A stretch of 64,000 nucleotides of DNA from Oscillospiraceae bacterium (GTDB lineage Bacteria > Bacillota > Clostridia > Oscillospirales > Ruminococcaceae): positions 3,957 to 67,956 of the forward strand of contig JAFRMZ010000276.1 of assembly GCA_017430465.1 (NCBI GenBank), in the 5' to 3' direction. A program made the position numbers and the translations under genes. The notes below the pieces were generated by a model, which saw nothing but the letters and a program-made list of their open reading frames with translations, ran no database searches and had not been told where the DNA came from. Within the stretch, counting starts at the first letter, position 1; the number at the start of each line of letters is the position of its first letter. Positions 8,991-18,101 of this stretch are shown in pieces.

Positions 8991-9523
8991 GTACCATTCA
9001 GAAAACTCCGCACGGCCGGAGTTTTCTTGCTTTTCCGGCGGATTCTGAAAGAAATTCTTTTTCGGGGCGCAGGCATAACAGGAATATTTCCGAACAGCAG
9101 GAATCTGACAAAACTGCCTTCTGTAACAGTGCTCCAGTCTGCATCCGGAGTGTGATAGCCTTCGGCAACATAGCTGGTGAAAATCACATAATCTGTTCCG
9201 GACTGCACATCTGTCAGAAGTACGGAATTGTAAGCCGTGTGACAGACAAGCAGTTCGGCAGTCCGTCCGGTTTCCAGAAGCGAACCTTGCAGGCTGACAT
9301 GCACTGCACCATGACAGATAATGCTGTTTGTTCCGGCACGTTCTGTCATTTCCAGTGGTTTTTCTGCCGAAAGATGCACAATCTCCCCCATAGAAAGCGT
9401 TTTTCCGTTCAGTGCAGAGCTTATCTGCTCCGGAAGATAATACGACCCTCCGCTTTTGTCGGCAAGAATATATGCGCCGTTGTCAGATGCTACTGTTACA
9501 AAATCATATAGATAATAAGACAT
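8930..9523 (-). CDS. hypothetical protein; dockerin-less, signal-less paralogue of the module in the three dockerin proteins
   Basis: 197-aa ORF with AAAGGAGAAG RBS. Its central region aligns by eye with the module of 6211..7413. The C-terminal tail overlaps the convergent gene. Confidence 0.55.
   Translation of the reverse strand: MSYYLYDFVTVASDNGAYILADKSGGSYYLPEQISSALNGKTLSMGEIVHLSAEKPLEMTERAGTNSIICHGAVHVSLQGSLLETGRTAELLVCHTAYNSVLLTDVQSGTDYVIFTSYVAEGYHTPDADWSTVTEGSFVRFLLFGNIPVMPAPRKRISFRIRRKSKKTPAVRSFLNGTYGAISGASMNSSPSSGMTS
9002..9026. terminator. hairpin after the carboxypeptidase gene
   Basis: aaaactccg / cggagtttt stem with 6-nt loop, followed by a T-rich run. It lies inside the convergent ORF 8930..9523. 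Confidence 0.55.
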
Positions 9524-9733
9524 GCTGTACTTCTCCTTTCATCAGATAATCTCTTATTATTTATATAACAACCGGAACGCCGAAAAATCAGAAAAAAACA
9601 AAATATTCGGATAACTGCACAAAAAGCCAGGCCTATATTTGTGCATAATATTGAATTTGTTGCAGACTCTGGAATTTTATTATCAGATATGCTATAATAA
9701 AAATAGCTAACCAAAATGAACGGAGGGATTATC

Positions 9734-9874
9734 ATGAAAAACTTTATCAAAGCGGTTGGATTCATTACGGTTTCACTCAGCGTTTTTTATCTCAGCTATC
9801 GTCTGACAGACAAATATCTGGAAAGATTCAGAAGAAATTATATTACAATTGAAAACGAGCATGTCAATGTTTAA
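9734..9874 (+). CDS. possible 46-aa single-TM small protein
   Basis: ATG preceded by a GGAGGG RBS. Sequence MKNFIKAVGFITVSLSVFYLSYRLTDKYLERFRRNYITIENEHVNV. It is too short to appear in the ORF track and sits directly upstream of the oxidoreductase gene. Confidence 0.4.
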   Translation: MKNFIKAVGFITVSLSVFYLSYRLTDKYLERFRRNYITIENEHVNV

Positions 9875-9910
9875 ATCATGCTTATCTAGAAAGGAAGGAA
9901 TTATTACAAT

Positions 9911-11497
9911 ATGAAAGAAATCATTATCATCGGCGCAGGTCCTGCCGGACTGACTGCCGGCTATGAACTGCTCCGGCAAGCACCGGAAGAATGCCATGTC
10001 ACTATCTATGAAGAATCTGATACTGTCGGCGGTATTTCCCGCACAGTCAACCATAACGGAAACAGAATGGACATCGGCGGACACCGGTTCTTTTCTAAAA
10101 ATAAAGAAGTCATGAAATGGTGGGAATCTATGATGCCGTTTCAGGGCGAACCCTCTTTCGATGACATTCAGTTGAACAGAGAAAAATCTCTCGTGACCGG
10201 CGGGGCTGACCCCGAAACAACTGACAGAGTAATGCTTATCCGGAACAGAGTTTCCAGAATTTATTATAAAAATAAATTCTTCGATTATCCGGTTTCTCTG
10301 AAATGGGATACTATCAAGAATATGGGCTTCGGTACAACTATGGAAGCCGGTGTCAGCTATCTGGGCGCAACAGCCCTCAAAAGAGAAGAAAATTCTCTGG
10401 AAGATTTTTATATCAACCGTTTCGGAAAAAAATTATATTCCATGTTCTTTGAGGGCTATACTGCCAAGCTCTGGGGACGGCATCCTTCGGAAATTTCTGC
10501 CGACTGGGGCGCACAGCGCGTCAAGGGACTGTCTATCATGGCCGTGATTCAGGATATGTTCCGCAAAGTTACCGGCGTACAGGATGCAGGAAAAAAAGAA
10601 ACTTCCCTCATCGAAGAATTCTACTATCCGAAATACGGCCCCGGTCAGCTCTGGGAAATCACTGCGGAAGAATTCCGGAAGCTCGGCGGAGAAATCATCT
10701 TCGGCGCAAAAGTCAATAAAATTCATACCAACGGTGAAAATCTCGTGGACAGCATCACTTATACAAAAAATCATCAGAAATACACCGTCAATGCCGATAT
10801 TGTCATTTCTTCCATGCCAGTGAAAGACTTGGTTGCCGGAATGAATGATGTCCCTGCATGGGAAGCCGAAATCGCTAAAGGCCTGCCTTACCGTGACTTC
10901 GTCACTGTCGGCCTGCTCGTGAACCGTCTGGAACTTAAAAACGAAACTAATATCCCGACACTCGGAAACATTGTCCCCGACTGCTGGATTTATGTACAGG
11001 ATACCGGTGTCCGCCTCGGCAGAATCCAGATTTTCAATAACTGGTCGCCCTATATGGTACAGAATCCTTCCCAGCAGGTCTGGATTGGTCTGGAATATTT
11101 CTGCACCGAAGGAAGCCGTTTCTGGCAGTTGTCCGATGAGGAAAGCCGTGATTTCGCAGTCAAGGAACTCCGTCAGATGGGTGTTATCGCTCCGGAAACT
11201 GCAATTCTTGATTATCACCGTGAACGTGTCAAGAAAGCTTATCCGGCGTATTTCGATACCTATGAGCATATTGATGACCTGACAGCTTATCTCAGCAAAT
11301 TTGAGAACCTCTACTGTGTTGGCAGAAACGGTCAGCACCGTTATAATAATATGGACCATTCCATGCTGACTTCTTTTGAGACAGTCAGAAATATTCTCTC
11401 CGGACGCAAAGACAAAGCCAATATCTGGAATGTCAATACAGAACAGGTTTATCACGAAACTGACAGCAAAGACAATGACAGCGAGGAGAATGCATGA
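9911..11497 (+). CDS. NAD(P)/FAD-dependent oxidoreductase (amine-oxidase / protoporphyrinogen-oxidase-like fold)
   Basis: 528 aa. N-terminal Rossmann motif [17 protein letters not shown]...YEESDTVGG and GGHRFFSK motif. AAGGAAGGA RBS. Confidence 0.8.
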   Translation: MKEIIIIGAGPAGLTAGYELLRQAPEECHVTIYEESDTVGGISRTVNHNGNRMDIGGHRFFSKNKEVMKWWESMMPFQGEPSFDDIQLNREKSLVTGGADPETTDRVMLIRNRVSRIYYKNKFFDYPVSLKWDTIKNMGFGTTMEAGVSYLGATALKREENSLEDFYINRFGKKLYSMFFEGYTAKLWGRHPSEISADWGAQRVKGLSIMAVIQDMFRKVTGVQDAGKKETSLIEEFYYPKYGPGQLWEITAEEFRKLGGEIIFGAKVNKIHTNGENLVDSITYTKNHQKYTVNADIVISSMPVKDLVAGMNDVPAWEAEIAKGLPYRDFVTVGLLVNRLELKNETNIPTLGNIVPDCWIYVQDTGVRLGRIQIFNNWSPYMVQNPSQQVWIGLEYFCTEGSRFWQLSDEESRDFAVKELRQMGVIAPETAILDYHRERVKKAYPAYFDTYEHIDDLTAYLSKFENLYCVGRNGQHRYNNMDHSMLTSFETVRNILSGRKDKANIWNVNTEQVYHETDSKDNDSEENA

Positions 11498-13233
11498 TGC
11501 CTGAAGAATCTGCCGGAACTTCCGGCATTTCAGAAATCGAAGAACAACAAGAACAAGTGCAGGGAATTTCTTTCCCTGCACTTGTCAAAAGCCTGAAATT
11601 GCCGGAATATCGAAAAATGCTGTTCGATTCTGTCCGTATCGCCGGAAGTCTTCTGCTTCTGCTGACAGCTCTGGCACTGGTGGGCTATTACACCCTCTTT
11701 CCGTCAAGAGGGTATTTTCATTCCGATACGACAGATACTATCATGTGGGCAGAAGCTTCTTATGAAAGCGGAAGTATTTTCAATCCGGATTTTGGCTATG
11801 CCTGTTTTCTGCCGTTCGGGACAAATGTCCTCATGCGCCTGCTGATTCCGTTTACCGGCGTTTCAATGACAACGCATGTATTCGGTATGCTGGGCTTTTT
11901 TATCCTGTTTTCAGTTTCGCTGATTTTGATGCTGAGACAGATGAACTGGAAAATCGGCTGGATTGCAGTCACTGTCTTTGCTGAACTGATGATATGTTCC
12001 GGCAGTACCAAGCTCCGTGAAATTTTCTGGGGACATACGATTTATTACAGCTTGGGTGTGTGTTTTATCTTCGCAGGACTGGCAATGATATTCCGGTATA
12101 TGAAATTAATAAAACGTACAGAAACCTTTCATTCTCCGGAAAGAATACGCAAAAACAGAATACATCTGATTTTATGTATCATTAGTATCGGCATCTGGTT
12201 TCTGCTGACAGGGAGCGACCAGATTACTGCAATCACCATTTTCGCCCTTCCGGTGACAGGAGCAGTCTTTTGTGAACGCTGGCTCGATACTGATACAAAA
12301 ATCTTTTCCAAACGGAATTTGTATACATTAATTCTGCTGATTGTAATGCTTGGCATGACAATTGCCGGATACTTTCTGACTGTACTCGCCTCCCAAGGGA
12401 TGACGGCTGATTATGCAGATGCATATTCTGCTTATTCTGATATGGAAAAATGGCAGGAAAATCTTGAAAAATTTCCGCTGGCATGGCTGTCACTGCTGGG
12501 CGTGGAAACAAAAGCCAATGCGCCTCTTATGAGTGCAGAAAGTGCCGGTTCACTGCTGTGCATCATAACCGGAATTCTGCTGTTGATTCTGCCTGTTGCT
12601 GCGCTTCTGTACTGGAAAAAAATCAAAGATGCCCGCTTGCGAATCCTGATTCTGACATACTGGTTTATGACACTGCTCATCATGATGGGATATGTATTCG
12701 GCAAACTTTCAGCCGCTAACTGGAGACTTTCCCCCATTGTGGCGATGTCAGTGATTGTTTCCGCCTCGTTCCTGAGATGGGCATTTTCACAGGCTGACCG
12801 GAAACGTCTTGCCGTCCTGCTGACGGCCTGTATCATGGCAGTCAGCGGAATTCATGCAAAAACAATTCTTTTCATGCCGAAAGACAATACTGCGCAGAAT
12901 TATCTTTATACACTGGCAGAGGAACTCGAAAAAAGAAACCTGACTTACGGCTATGCAACCTTCTGGCGTGCCAATTCCTTGACAGTGATTTCGGATTCTA
13001 AAATAAAATGCCGTGGTGTCGCACTGGAAGACGGTCAGCTTTGGGTCAGAAAATATCAGTGCAATATGAACTGGTACAAAGACCAAACCAGTCAGGAAAC
13101 ATATTTTGTTCTGCTTTCCTCTGAAGAAGCACTGGAACTGCGTGAAAGTGAATATGCACTTCTTGCAAAAGAACATGAAGAATTTGCATTGCAGGGCTAT
13201 GTCGTCTGGGTGTTTGAGGAAAATATTTTTTAA
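11494..13233 (+). CDS. large polytopic membrane protein, possibly a GT-C-type glycosyltransferase
   Basis: 579 aa. Start overlaps the upstream stop (ATGATG/TGA), suggesting translational coupling. Many predicted TM helices plus a C-terminal soluble domain. First loop [12 protein letters not shown] is reminiscent of GT-C acidic loops. The function is inferred only. Confidence 0.75.
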   Translation: MMPEESAGTSGISEIEEQQEQVQGISFPALVKSLKLPEYRKMLFDSVRIAGSLLLLLTALALVGYYTLFPSRGYFHSDTTDTIMWAEASYESGSIFNPDFGYACFLPFGTNVLMRLLIPFTGVSMTTHVFGMLGFFILFSVSLILMLRQMNWKIGWIAVTVFAELMICSGSTKLREIFWGHTIYYSLGVCFIFAGLAMIFRYMKLIKRTETFHSPERIRKNRIHLILCIISIGIWFLLTGSDQITAITIFALPVTGAVFCERWLDTDTKIFSKRNLYTLILLIVMLGMTIAGYFLTVLASQGMTADYADAYSAYSDMEKWQENLEKFPLAWLSLLGVETKANAPLMSAESAGSLLCIITGILLLILPVAALLYWKKIKDARLRILILTYWFMTLLIMMGYVFGKLSAANWRLSPIVAMSVIVSASFLRWAFSQADRKRLAVLLTACIMAVSGIHAKTILFMPKDNTAQNYLYTLAEELEKRNLTYGYATFWRANSLTVISDSKIKCRGVALEDGQLWVRKYQCNMNWYKDQTSQETYFVLLSSEEALELRESEYALLAKEHEEFALQGYVVWVFEENIF

Positions 13234-13239
13234 ATTATG

Positions 13240-13270
13240 AAAAAATCCTCTGCGGTGCAGAGGATTTTTT
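13240..13270. terminator. bidirectional rho-independent terminator between convergent genes
   Basis: Stem atcctctgc/gcagaggat with 3-nt loop, flanked by an A-run and a T-run. Confidence 0.75.
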
Positions 13271-13281
13271 ATGATTTCAGC

Positions 13282-15252
13282 TTATTCAAAATCATTCGGA
13301 ACAGGCGGAGCAGTTTCATAATCCGGAACAGTGGTTTCAGAATTCAGATTAGGTGCAGTTTCCGGAGCTTCCTGCGTGAATTCTTGTTCCGAATCGGGAG
13401 CAATAGGCGGAGCAGTTTCCAGCACTACACCCACATCATCCGTCATAGCTTCGGTTTCAGGAATAGTTTCAGGTTCGGTTGCAACCGTTGTCTGTACCGG
13501 TTCGGTGATAACAACAGGAGTTGTTTCCGGATTGCTTGCATAGAAAATTTTAAGCGTTTCCTCGCCGGTCAGGTCAAATGTTTCTCCGGCTTCTTTGTTG
13601 AGTTCAACAACATAGCCCGTCTCGAAACTGTAATTCACAATCGCTTCGGTATTATAATTCGTCAGACCGAGTGCTTCAAGTTCGGCTTCATAGTCTTTAA
13701 GCGTTTTTCCGGTATAATCCGGAATCTGAATTGAGGAAGGCCCTTTGCTGACAACCACTTTCACAACCGCACCGCTGTGGAACGGCTGACCCGCTTCAAT
13801 TTCCTGTTCGATAATAAGACCTGCCTTATAAGTATCACTGAAGGCATAAACCGGCTCAAGATAAAGCCAGCCATCGGTTTCAAGCTGTTCTTTCTTGAGT
13901 TCGTAGCTCATGCCGATAAGCAGGGGCATCTGACTGTCACCGGGGGCTTCGGTCGGAAGTTCGGCTTCAGCAGAAGATTCTGTTACAATATTGTTTTCGG
14001 TTTCGCTTTCAGTTGCAATGGTTGTTGTTTCTGTCTGAGAATTCATCGTCACCGGACTGCTTCCCCCCAGATTCACAAGGATAATGGCAATGACAAGCAG
14101 AATGCACATGGTCATGACAATTACGATTAAAGGCATCCGGAAACGGTCAATAATACTTTCCTGTCCGGAGACAGCATAGTCAATATCCACCTTATTATCA
14201 TCCGGAGATGTGTCAGGGCTTTTTTTCTTGTCAGTCTGTTTTTTCTTTTTTCGGGGAGGTTCTGGCGGAATGTCTTTAGCTTCAGCAGATTCTTCTGTCT
14301 GTTCAAAAAGCTGGGTGACAAGTTCGGTGATGGTCTGGGTACGCTGTTCGGAATTCAGGCACATGCCTTTCATGATGGCATCAGAAACATTTTTCGGAAT
14401 ATTCTGATTCAGTTCATAAGGTGCGCTCAGATTATCCTGTCTCAGACGGCTGGGGGCATCGACAGGCTGACAGCCGGTCAGAAGCCGGTACAAGACTGCA
14501 CAGATGCCGTAAACGTCTGTAAAAGTATCCTGCTTTGCACCGGGAGTATACTGTTCTGGCGCAGCATAGCCCTGAAAAATTTCCGAAGGCAGTTCCAGAT
14601 GCAGTGTCCTTACGGCATAAATGCTGAAACCGCATAACTGCAATTCCCCTTTTGGCGTGACATAAATCGTATCCGGACTGATTGCCCGATGAATAACATG
14701 ATTATTATGCATCAGACTGAGAGTAGTAAAAAATGTCGGGAACATAGAAGAAACATGATGCCATGTCAGCTCGCCGGCATGTTCTTTCAGGTACTCTACC
14801 AGCTTGATGCCTTCCAGATATTCATAGACAACATAAGTTGTATTATTGGCCGTGAACATATCCAGCGTAGGGATGATATGCTGAAGATTGCGCATCTGGG
14901 CGAGATTTCTGTTAAGGTCTGTAAATTCTGCCATCAAAGCCTTGTACTGTACAACATGTTCGGACGGAACACTGATTGTCGCCCTGCCTCTTACACGCTT
15001 GCAGAGACCTACAGGCATGTATTCACGAATCAGCACTTTACAGCCGATAGATGCATTATATCCGATATAGTTTGCACCTTCGCTGTTATGGCCGATTTTG
15101 ACACCGAGAGTATATCGCTCATTGAGTTCCGTACCGGGGGGAGCATAATCGGGGTCATAGGGCTTATCATCCGGATAGCCGCAGTAAGGGCAGATTCTGA
15201 ATCTTGCCGGTTTCATTTCCATGCAGTTATAACAGCGGATTTTTTCATCCAT
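13282..15252 (-). CDS. zinc-ribbon / protein-kinase-like (predicted catalytically dead) / TM / 2x PASTA membrane protein
   Basis: 656 aa. N-terminal CYNC...CPYC ribbon. Kinase fold markers APE and DVYGICAVLYRLLTG are present, but HRD is HRA, the DFG position is CGF/GFS, VAIK is VLIR and the Gly-loop is degenerate. One TM helix and two PASTA-like repeats follow. Confidence 0.85.
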   Translation of the reverse strand: MDEKIRCYNCMEMKPARFRICPYCGYPDDKPYDPDYAPPGTELNERYTLGVKIGHNSEGANYIGYNASIGCKVLIREYMPVGLCKRVRGRATISVPSEHVVQYKALMAEFTDLNRNLAQMRNLQHIIPTLDMFTANNTTYVVYEYLEGIKLVEYLKEHAGELTWHHVSSMFPTFFTTLSLMHNNHVIHRAISPDTIYVTPKGELQLCGFSIYAVRTLHLELPSEIFQGYAAPEQYTPGAKQDTFTDVYGICAVLYRLLTGCQPVDAPSRLRQDNLSAPYELNQNIPKNVSDAIMKGMCLNSEQRTQTITELVTQLFEQTEESAEAKDIPPEPPRKKKKQTDKKKSPDTSPDDNKVDIDYAVSGQESIIDRFRMPLIVIVMTMCILLVIAIILVNLGGSSPVTMNSQTETTTIATESETENNIVTESSAEAELPTEAPGDSQMPLLIGMSYELKKEQLETDGWLYLEPVYAFSDTYKAGLIIEQEIEAGQPFHSGAVVKVVVSKGPSSIQIPDYTGKTLKDYEAELEALGLTNYNTEAIVNYSFETGYVVELNKEAGETFDLTGEETLKIFYASNPETTPVVITEPVQTTVATEPETIPETEAMTDDVGVVLETAPPIAPDSEQEFTQEAPETAPNLNSETTVPDYETAPPVPNDFE

Positions 15253-15337
15253 CCTGACCTATTCCCCTTTCTGATTTGGATTTTATTGTAATTGCAGCAC
15301 TGTCAGAAAAATAAACAGTGTTGAACTGTCATTTATT

Positions 15338-15366
15338 ATGATAACATATTTTTGAGATGTTGTCAA
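15338..15366 (-). promoter_or_regulatory. candidate sigma-A promoter of the PASTA protein gene
   Basis: Minus strand reads TTGACA (15366..15361), 17 nt, TATCAT (15343..15338). Confidence 0.35.
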
Positions 15367-15452
15367 CTTTTTTCCGGATTTGTCAATCGTTTATTTGCTG
15401 AATTGTATTTGTTTTGTAACATTCTTTTATTTTTCAGCAATTTTTATGGATT

Positions 15453-16045
15453 TCAGTTTATTGGATTCTTGTTTTTATCCAGCAGAAAATCAGTTATGAT
15501 TTTTGTGAATTCGTCAGGGATTTCTAAATTTGTGACATGTCCGGCATTAACTCGGATGTATGTACCGTCAGAAAGGCAGGATAATGCACGTTCTGCCATT
15601 TCTTCGGACATAGCACCATTTAATGTACCGTCTTCCATAAATGAAGTATCTGCCTGAATCAGCAGTACAGGACATTGTATTTTTTGCAGAGCCTCAGCAT
15701 GATTGAAATTCTGATTCCATGTTCCCTCATAAAAAGCCGCACCGAATGCAGGGTCGTACATATCCAGTCCCCGAAGCATTTCCTGAACGGATGCAGGCAT
15801 AAAAGCAAGTTCAAGCGTATCATCCGGATGAAAAAAACGATAATAGGAAATCAGTATTTTTACGGCAGACTGTGCGCCGTTACCCACATAGTTTTGAAAA
15901 AAGGCCGTTGCATTTGTTACCCAGTACATTAGAAAATCATCATGATAGCCTTCTTTCAGGGCTTTTTCACTGGTAGTGAACGAACGGTAGGCAATTGTCT
16001 TTTGAATTTCTGGATATTCTGATGAGAAAAGCGGAGGGCCTTCTA
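15453..16045 (-). pseudogene. alpha/beta-hydrolase remnant lacking the N-terminal nucleophile region
   Basis: C-terminal part of an alpha/beta hydrolase (CPVLLIQAD..., NAGHV catalytic His region). The frame stays open upstream to the stop of the neighbouring gene with no start codon and no GxSxG segment. Confidence 0.5.
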
Positions 16046-16048
16046 ACT

Positions 16049-17323
16049 TTAAAGCTGAATGAGATTTTTATTCAGAAGTTCCTGCGCTGCAAGCAGAATG
16101 CTGATTCTACCGCTGTTCCAGCTCAGACCGCCCTGAAGCCATGCTGCATAAGGCGGACGGAGAGGACCATCAGCAGAAAGCTCAATCGATGCTCCGTTTG
16201 TAAATGCGCCTGCTGCCATGATAACCTGATTTTCATAGCCCGGCATGTCCCACGGTTCGGGAGTCACATAAGCATCTACAGGAGAACCTTTCTGAATTCC
16301 CTGACAGAATGCAATCAGATTTTCCGGAGTCTGGAGCTCAATTGCTGTGACAATATCGCCTTTCGGGTCATTCGTGGCAGGAGTGCATTTAAATCCGAGC
16401 ATGGTGAATAATTCAGATGCAAAAACAGCCGTTTTCAGCGCATTAGCAACTACATCGGGCGCAAGATACAATCCCTGAAACAGTTCCCGATTCATGCCGA
16501 GCGTACAGCCGACTTCCTTTCCGAGTCCCACACATGTCAGCCGATAAGCACATAATTCTACAAGCTTCGACTTTCCGGCGATATAACCGCCTGTTCTGGC
16601 GATACCGCCTCCCGCATTTTTAATCATCGAACCGATGATAATATCTGCTCCGATGGCCGGCGGTTCGGTTTCTTCCACAAATTCGCCGTAGCAGTTGTCT
16701 GTCATGATGATAGCTTCTGGATTGGCTTTCCGGATGGTTTCACATAGTTCTTTCAGTTCGGCAATGGTGAAAGCCGTTCTCAGGTCATAACCACGTGAAC
16801 GCTGAATATAAGCGATTTTTGCACCTTTGAGATTTTCAGAAACAGCTTTCAGATTCGGTTTGCCTTCAGGAGTTAAATCAATTATTCTGTATCTGACTCC
16901 GAAATCTTTCAGAGAACCGTCACCGGCCTTTCCGGTGATGCCGATAACTTCATGCAGGGTATCATAAGGCGTTCCGGTCACAAAAACAATTTCATCCTCC
17001 GGACGAAGCAGGCCGAATAAAGCTACACTCAGCGCATGTGTGCCGGATACAAAATTGTGCCGTACAAGTGCATCTTCCGTGCCGAGTACCTGCGCCCAGA
17101 CTTTGTCCAGAACATCACGGCCGAAATCGCCGTAGCCATAGCCCGTGCTTGCACCGAAACAGGCTTCACTGACTTTGTTGTCTGAGAAAGCTTTCAGGAC
17201 TTTTGCGGAATTATGTCTTGCAGTCCGGTCGATTTTCGCAAAACATGCCGAACAGTTGGTTTCGGCCTGTTCTGCAAGGGCTTCCAGACGGGAATCTATT
17301 TCAAAAAAATCATGCATTGCCAT
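16049..17323 (-). CDS. YnbB-like PLP-dependent enzyme (methionine gamma-lyase / aluminium-resistance protein family)
   Basis: Start set at MAMHDFFEI. STGYGYGDFGRD and ALVRHNFVSGTHAL motifs are typical of this family. It overlaps the upstream GNAT gene end. Confidence 0.8.
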   Translation of the reverse strand: MAMHDFFEIDSRLEALAEQAETNCSACFAKIDRTARHNSAKVLKAFSDNKVSEACFGASTGYGYGDFGRDVLDKVWAQVLGTEDALVRHNFVSGTHALSVALFGLLRPEDEIVFVTGTPYDTLHEVIGITGKAGDGSLKDFGVRYRIIDLTPEGKPNLKAVSENLKGAKIAYIQRSRGYDLRTAFTIAELKELCETIRKANPEAIIMTDNCYGEFVEETEPPAIGADIIIGSMIKNAGGGIARTGGYIAGKSKLVELCAYRLTCVGLGKEVGCTLGMNRELFQGLYLAPDVVANALKTAVFASELFTMLGFKCTPATNDPKGDIVTAIELQTPENLIAFCQGIQKGSPVDAYVTPEPWDMPGYENQVIMAAGAFTNGASIELSADGPLRPPYAAWLQGGLSWNSGRISILLAAQELLNKNLIQL

Positions 17324-18101
17324 TGTCAAGTAATCCTTTCGTGATGCTGTCCTGAGCGTCTTCGGAACGTTCCAGCACATATTCTGTATCAATTACAGTA
17401 AAGCCGATTTCACGGTAGAAGCTTTCACGGATGTCGAGCGCATACAGAACGGCTTTTTTATCGAACTGCGCCAGCCATCCGGCCAGCCACCGGAGAAAGG
17501 TTCTTGCATGGCCGAGGCCTCTTGCTTCCGGCAGGGTGGCTACCTGTCCGACAAGTACGTGATTGTCAATATCGAACATAATTGTCGCTGTAGTGCTTTT
17601 TTTATAGGTCAGCACATGACTGACTCCGTGACGGCACCGGTGGGAAGTATCCGTCAGCCAGAGGGAATAATCTTCCAGATTCGGGAAGCCTGCATGAAGT
17701 ATCTGATAATCTTCTTCCAGAGAAGGGTTGAATTCAACAGATTCTTCTTCAAAACTGGAATTTTTATCTGGCTGAAGCTCAAAAGTTGTCCGGTGCAGAG
17801 ACTGATATTCCGGCAGAAGTCGGGCGAGCTGTTCTCTGACAGGTTCATTGCATTCGATGCGGAACGGCTGATGCATTCTCAAAAATGTTGCAAGATTTTC
17901 AGTTTCGGCTTCTTCTGCATTGACAATCAGCACCGTGCTGTTGAAAAACAGCAGGATGCCGTCTTCGCCGACTGTATAGAACTGGCAGAACGGATAATCA
18001 ATGCCATAGGCTTTATAATAAGAATACATTTTTCTGCCCCGCCATGTCTTGCGAAGCAGATAAGTATTCAAATCGCAGTCTTTTGTAATTTTTCTAATCA
18101 T
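17310..18101 (-). CDS. GNAT-family N-acetyltransferase-like protein
   Basis: 263 aa. The C-terminal half carries acetyl-CoA-binding-like VATLPEARGLGHARTFL. ATGA overlap with the upstream peptidase gene. Confidence 0.65.
   Translation of the reverse strand: MIRKITKDCDLNTYLLRKTWRGRKMYSYYKAYGIDYPFCQFYTVGEDGILLFFNSTVLIVNAEEAETENLATFLRMHQPFRIECNEPVREQLARLLPEYQSLHRTTFELQPDKNSSFEEESVEFNPSLEEDYQILHAGFPNLEDYSLWLTDTSHRCRHGVSHVLTYKKSTTATIMFDIDNHVLVGQVATLPEARGLGHARTFLRWLAGWLAQFDKKAVLYALDIRESFYREIGFTVIDTEYVLERSEDAQDSITKGLLDNGNA

Noticed and set aside
9496-9765. 89-aa minus-strand ORF upstream of 8930..9523
   Set aside because: It lies in an AT-rich promoter region, has no RBS, gives a low-complexity hydrophobic translation and conflicts with the better-supported plus-strand mini-ORF/promoter.
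10433-11581. 382-aa minus-strand ORF
   Set aside because: It is fully antisense to the FAD-oxidoreductase gene, which has clear Rossmann motifs. It has no recognisable domain or RBS.
13237-13734. 165-aa plus-strand ORF rich in F/R/S/N
   Set aside because: It is antisense to the Thr/Pro/Glu-rich tail of the PASTA protein. The biased composition is the mirror of that tail, and it starts inside the terminator hairpin.
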